NCBI GenBank assembly: GCA_964613315.1
Contig: CAZTHD010000001.1
Location: 1 to 34,601 of the forward strand
Source: an uncultured Oscillospiraceae bacterium
Lineage (GTDB): Bacteria; Bacillota; Clostridia; Peptostreptococcales; Anaerovoracaceae
Direction of reading: 5' to 3'
Length of the DNA stretch: 34,601 bases
Shown here: in pieces, positions 33,922 through 34,601 of the stretch
Layout: every line of letters begins with the position of its first letter
Position numbering within the stretch: the stretch's first letter is position 1
Position numbers and translations under genes: made by a program
The notes under the pieces: model-generated
Seen by the model: only the letters and a program-made list of their open reading frames with translations
Database searches by the model: none
What the model was told of the DNA's origin: nothing

Positions 33922-33965
33922 TTTTGCAGAAATCGCAGAAAATCAAGAAAAATCGCACATTTTTG
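33922..33965. repeat. ~45-bp repeat, copy B
   Basis: ttttgcagaaatcgcagaaaatcaagaaaaatcgcacatttttg, lying 26 nt after the XRE-TM gene stop. Confidence 0.7.
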
Positions 33966-34064
33966 TATATGTGTTTCTGAATCAGCACTTGCTGCAGAGA
34001 TTGCGAATTATTGCTTTTGATGTAATAATGAAACATACAAATCGGAGTTTTTGGAGGTATTACC

Positions 34065-34553
34065 ATGGTCCGTCTGGAAGAGCTAAACAAATATAACGTA
34101 TGGGATATCATGGAGCTGAGCGTAAAGGAGGAACAGGAGCGCTTTCTCGCAAGCAATGTATGGAGTCTTGTTCATGCTTACGTCGGAAACAAGACCAATG
34201 GGGCCGTATATCCGTTCGGAATCTATGACGACGACACGCCGGTCGGCTTTCTGATGCTCGCCTATGACTATGGAGAGGTTTGCGACGACGAAAATGCACC
34301 TGAGATATCAAAAGACAATTACTTCTTTTGGCGCCTGATGATTGATGAGGAGTTTCAGGGAAAAGGTTATGGACGTGAGGCTGTCAGACTCGCGTTGGAT
34401 TATATCAGGACGTTTCCCCACGGGAGAGCGGAGTATTGCTGGATCTGCTATGATCGGGAGAATACGGTGGCGAGAAAGATATACCGTTCATTTGGTTTTG
34501 AGGAGATAGGAGAAGACAAAGACGGCGACATTGATGCCGTTCTGAAGCTGTGA
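34065..34553 (+). CDS. GNAT-family N-acetyltransferase
   Basis: FQGKGYGREAVRLALDYI is the acetyl-CoA binding motif A (Q/R-x-x-G-x-G/A). 162 aa with RBS GGAGG. Confidence 0.8.
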   Translation: MVRLEELNKYNVWDIMELSVKEEQERFLASNVWSLVHAYVGNKTNGAVYPFGIYDDDTPVGFLMLAYDYGEVCDDENAPEISKDNYFFWRLMIDEEFQGKGYGREAVRLALDYIRTFPHGRAEYCWICYDRENTVARKIYRSFGFEEIGEDKDGDIDAVLKL

Positions 34554-34566
34554 GGAGAATTTGATC

Positions 34567-34601
34567 ATGGATAAAAAGACCACTATGGAAAACCTTGTCC
34601 G
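34567..34601 (+). CDS. 5-prime end of a CDS running off the window
   Basis: ATG preceded by GAGGAG at 9 nt. Only 11 codons are visible. Confidence 0.25.
   Translation, partial: MDKKTTMENLV

Overview
The window is almost entirely mobile or accessory DNA from a Firmicutes/Clostridia-like genome, and all calls come from reading the sequence and ORF track by eye. (1) nt 1 to ~12.0 kb is the distal part of a Tn916/Tn1549-like ICE. It carries a CHAP cell-wall hydrolase and an AT-rich cargo: an R-M locus with three DPPY methyltransferases and a convergent PD-(D/E)xK nuclease, an XRE-HTH/unknown gene pair, and a T5orf172-DUF4357 protein. A regulation/recombination module follows: two Zn-ribbon genes, a sigma region-4 protein, a MazF-like toxin, Xis and a tyrosine integrase. 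(2) 12.0-16.8 kb continues without a gap. int overlaps a large serine recombinase whose non-canonical C-terminal domain recurs in three stand-alone downstream genes, followed by an XRE regulator, SSB and small orphans. (3) 16.8-25.5 kb is an AT-rich island. It holds an orphan pair (one member built from 15-residue repeats), a DUF3267 zincin plus a GIY-YIG nuclease, an accessory RNase III, a stand-alone PD-(D/E)xK protein, a PASTA-Ltp exclusion-type protein, a pol-beta nucleotidyltransferase and a MATE-like transporter. (4) 25.55-32.70 kb is a ~7.1-kb unit bracketed by direct repeats (139/145 identical core). It carries a second Xis/Int pair, a TetR regulator, a URO-D-like enzyme and two MFS transporters. 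(5) 32.7-34.6 kb holds repeat-rich non-coding DNA, an XRE-TM protein and a GNAT. I saw no rRNA, tRNA or CRISPR. The best candidates for undescribed biology are the serine-recombinase domain array, the RNase III/PD-(D/E)xK cluster, the central orphan pair with the adjacent zincin/GIY-YIG operon, and the repeat-dense att-like junctions. None can be confirmed without database or structure searches.
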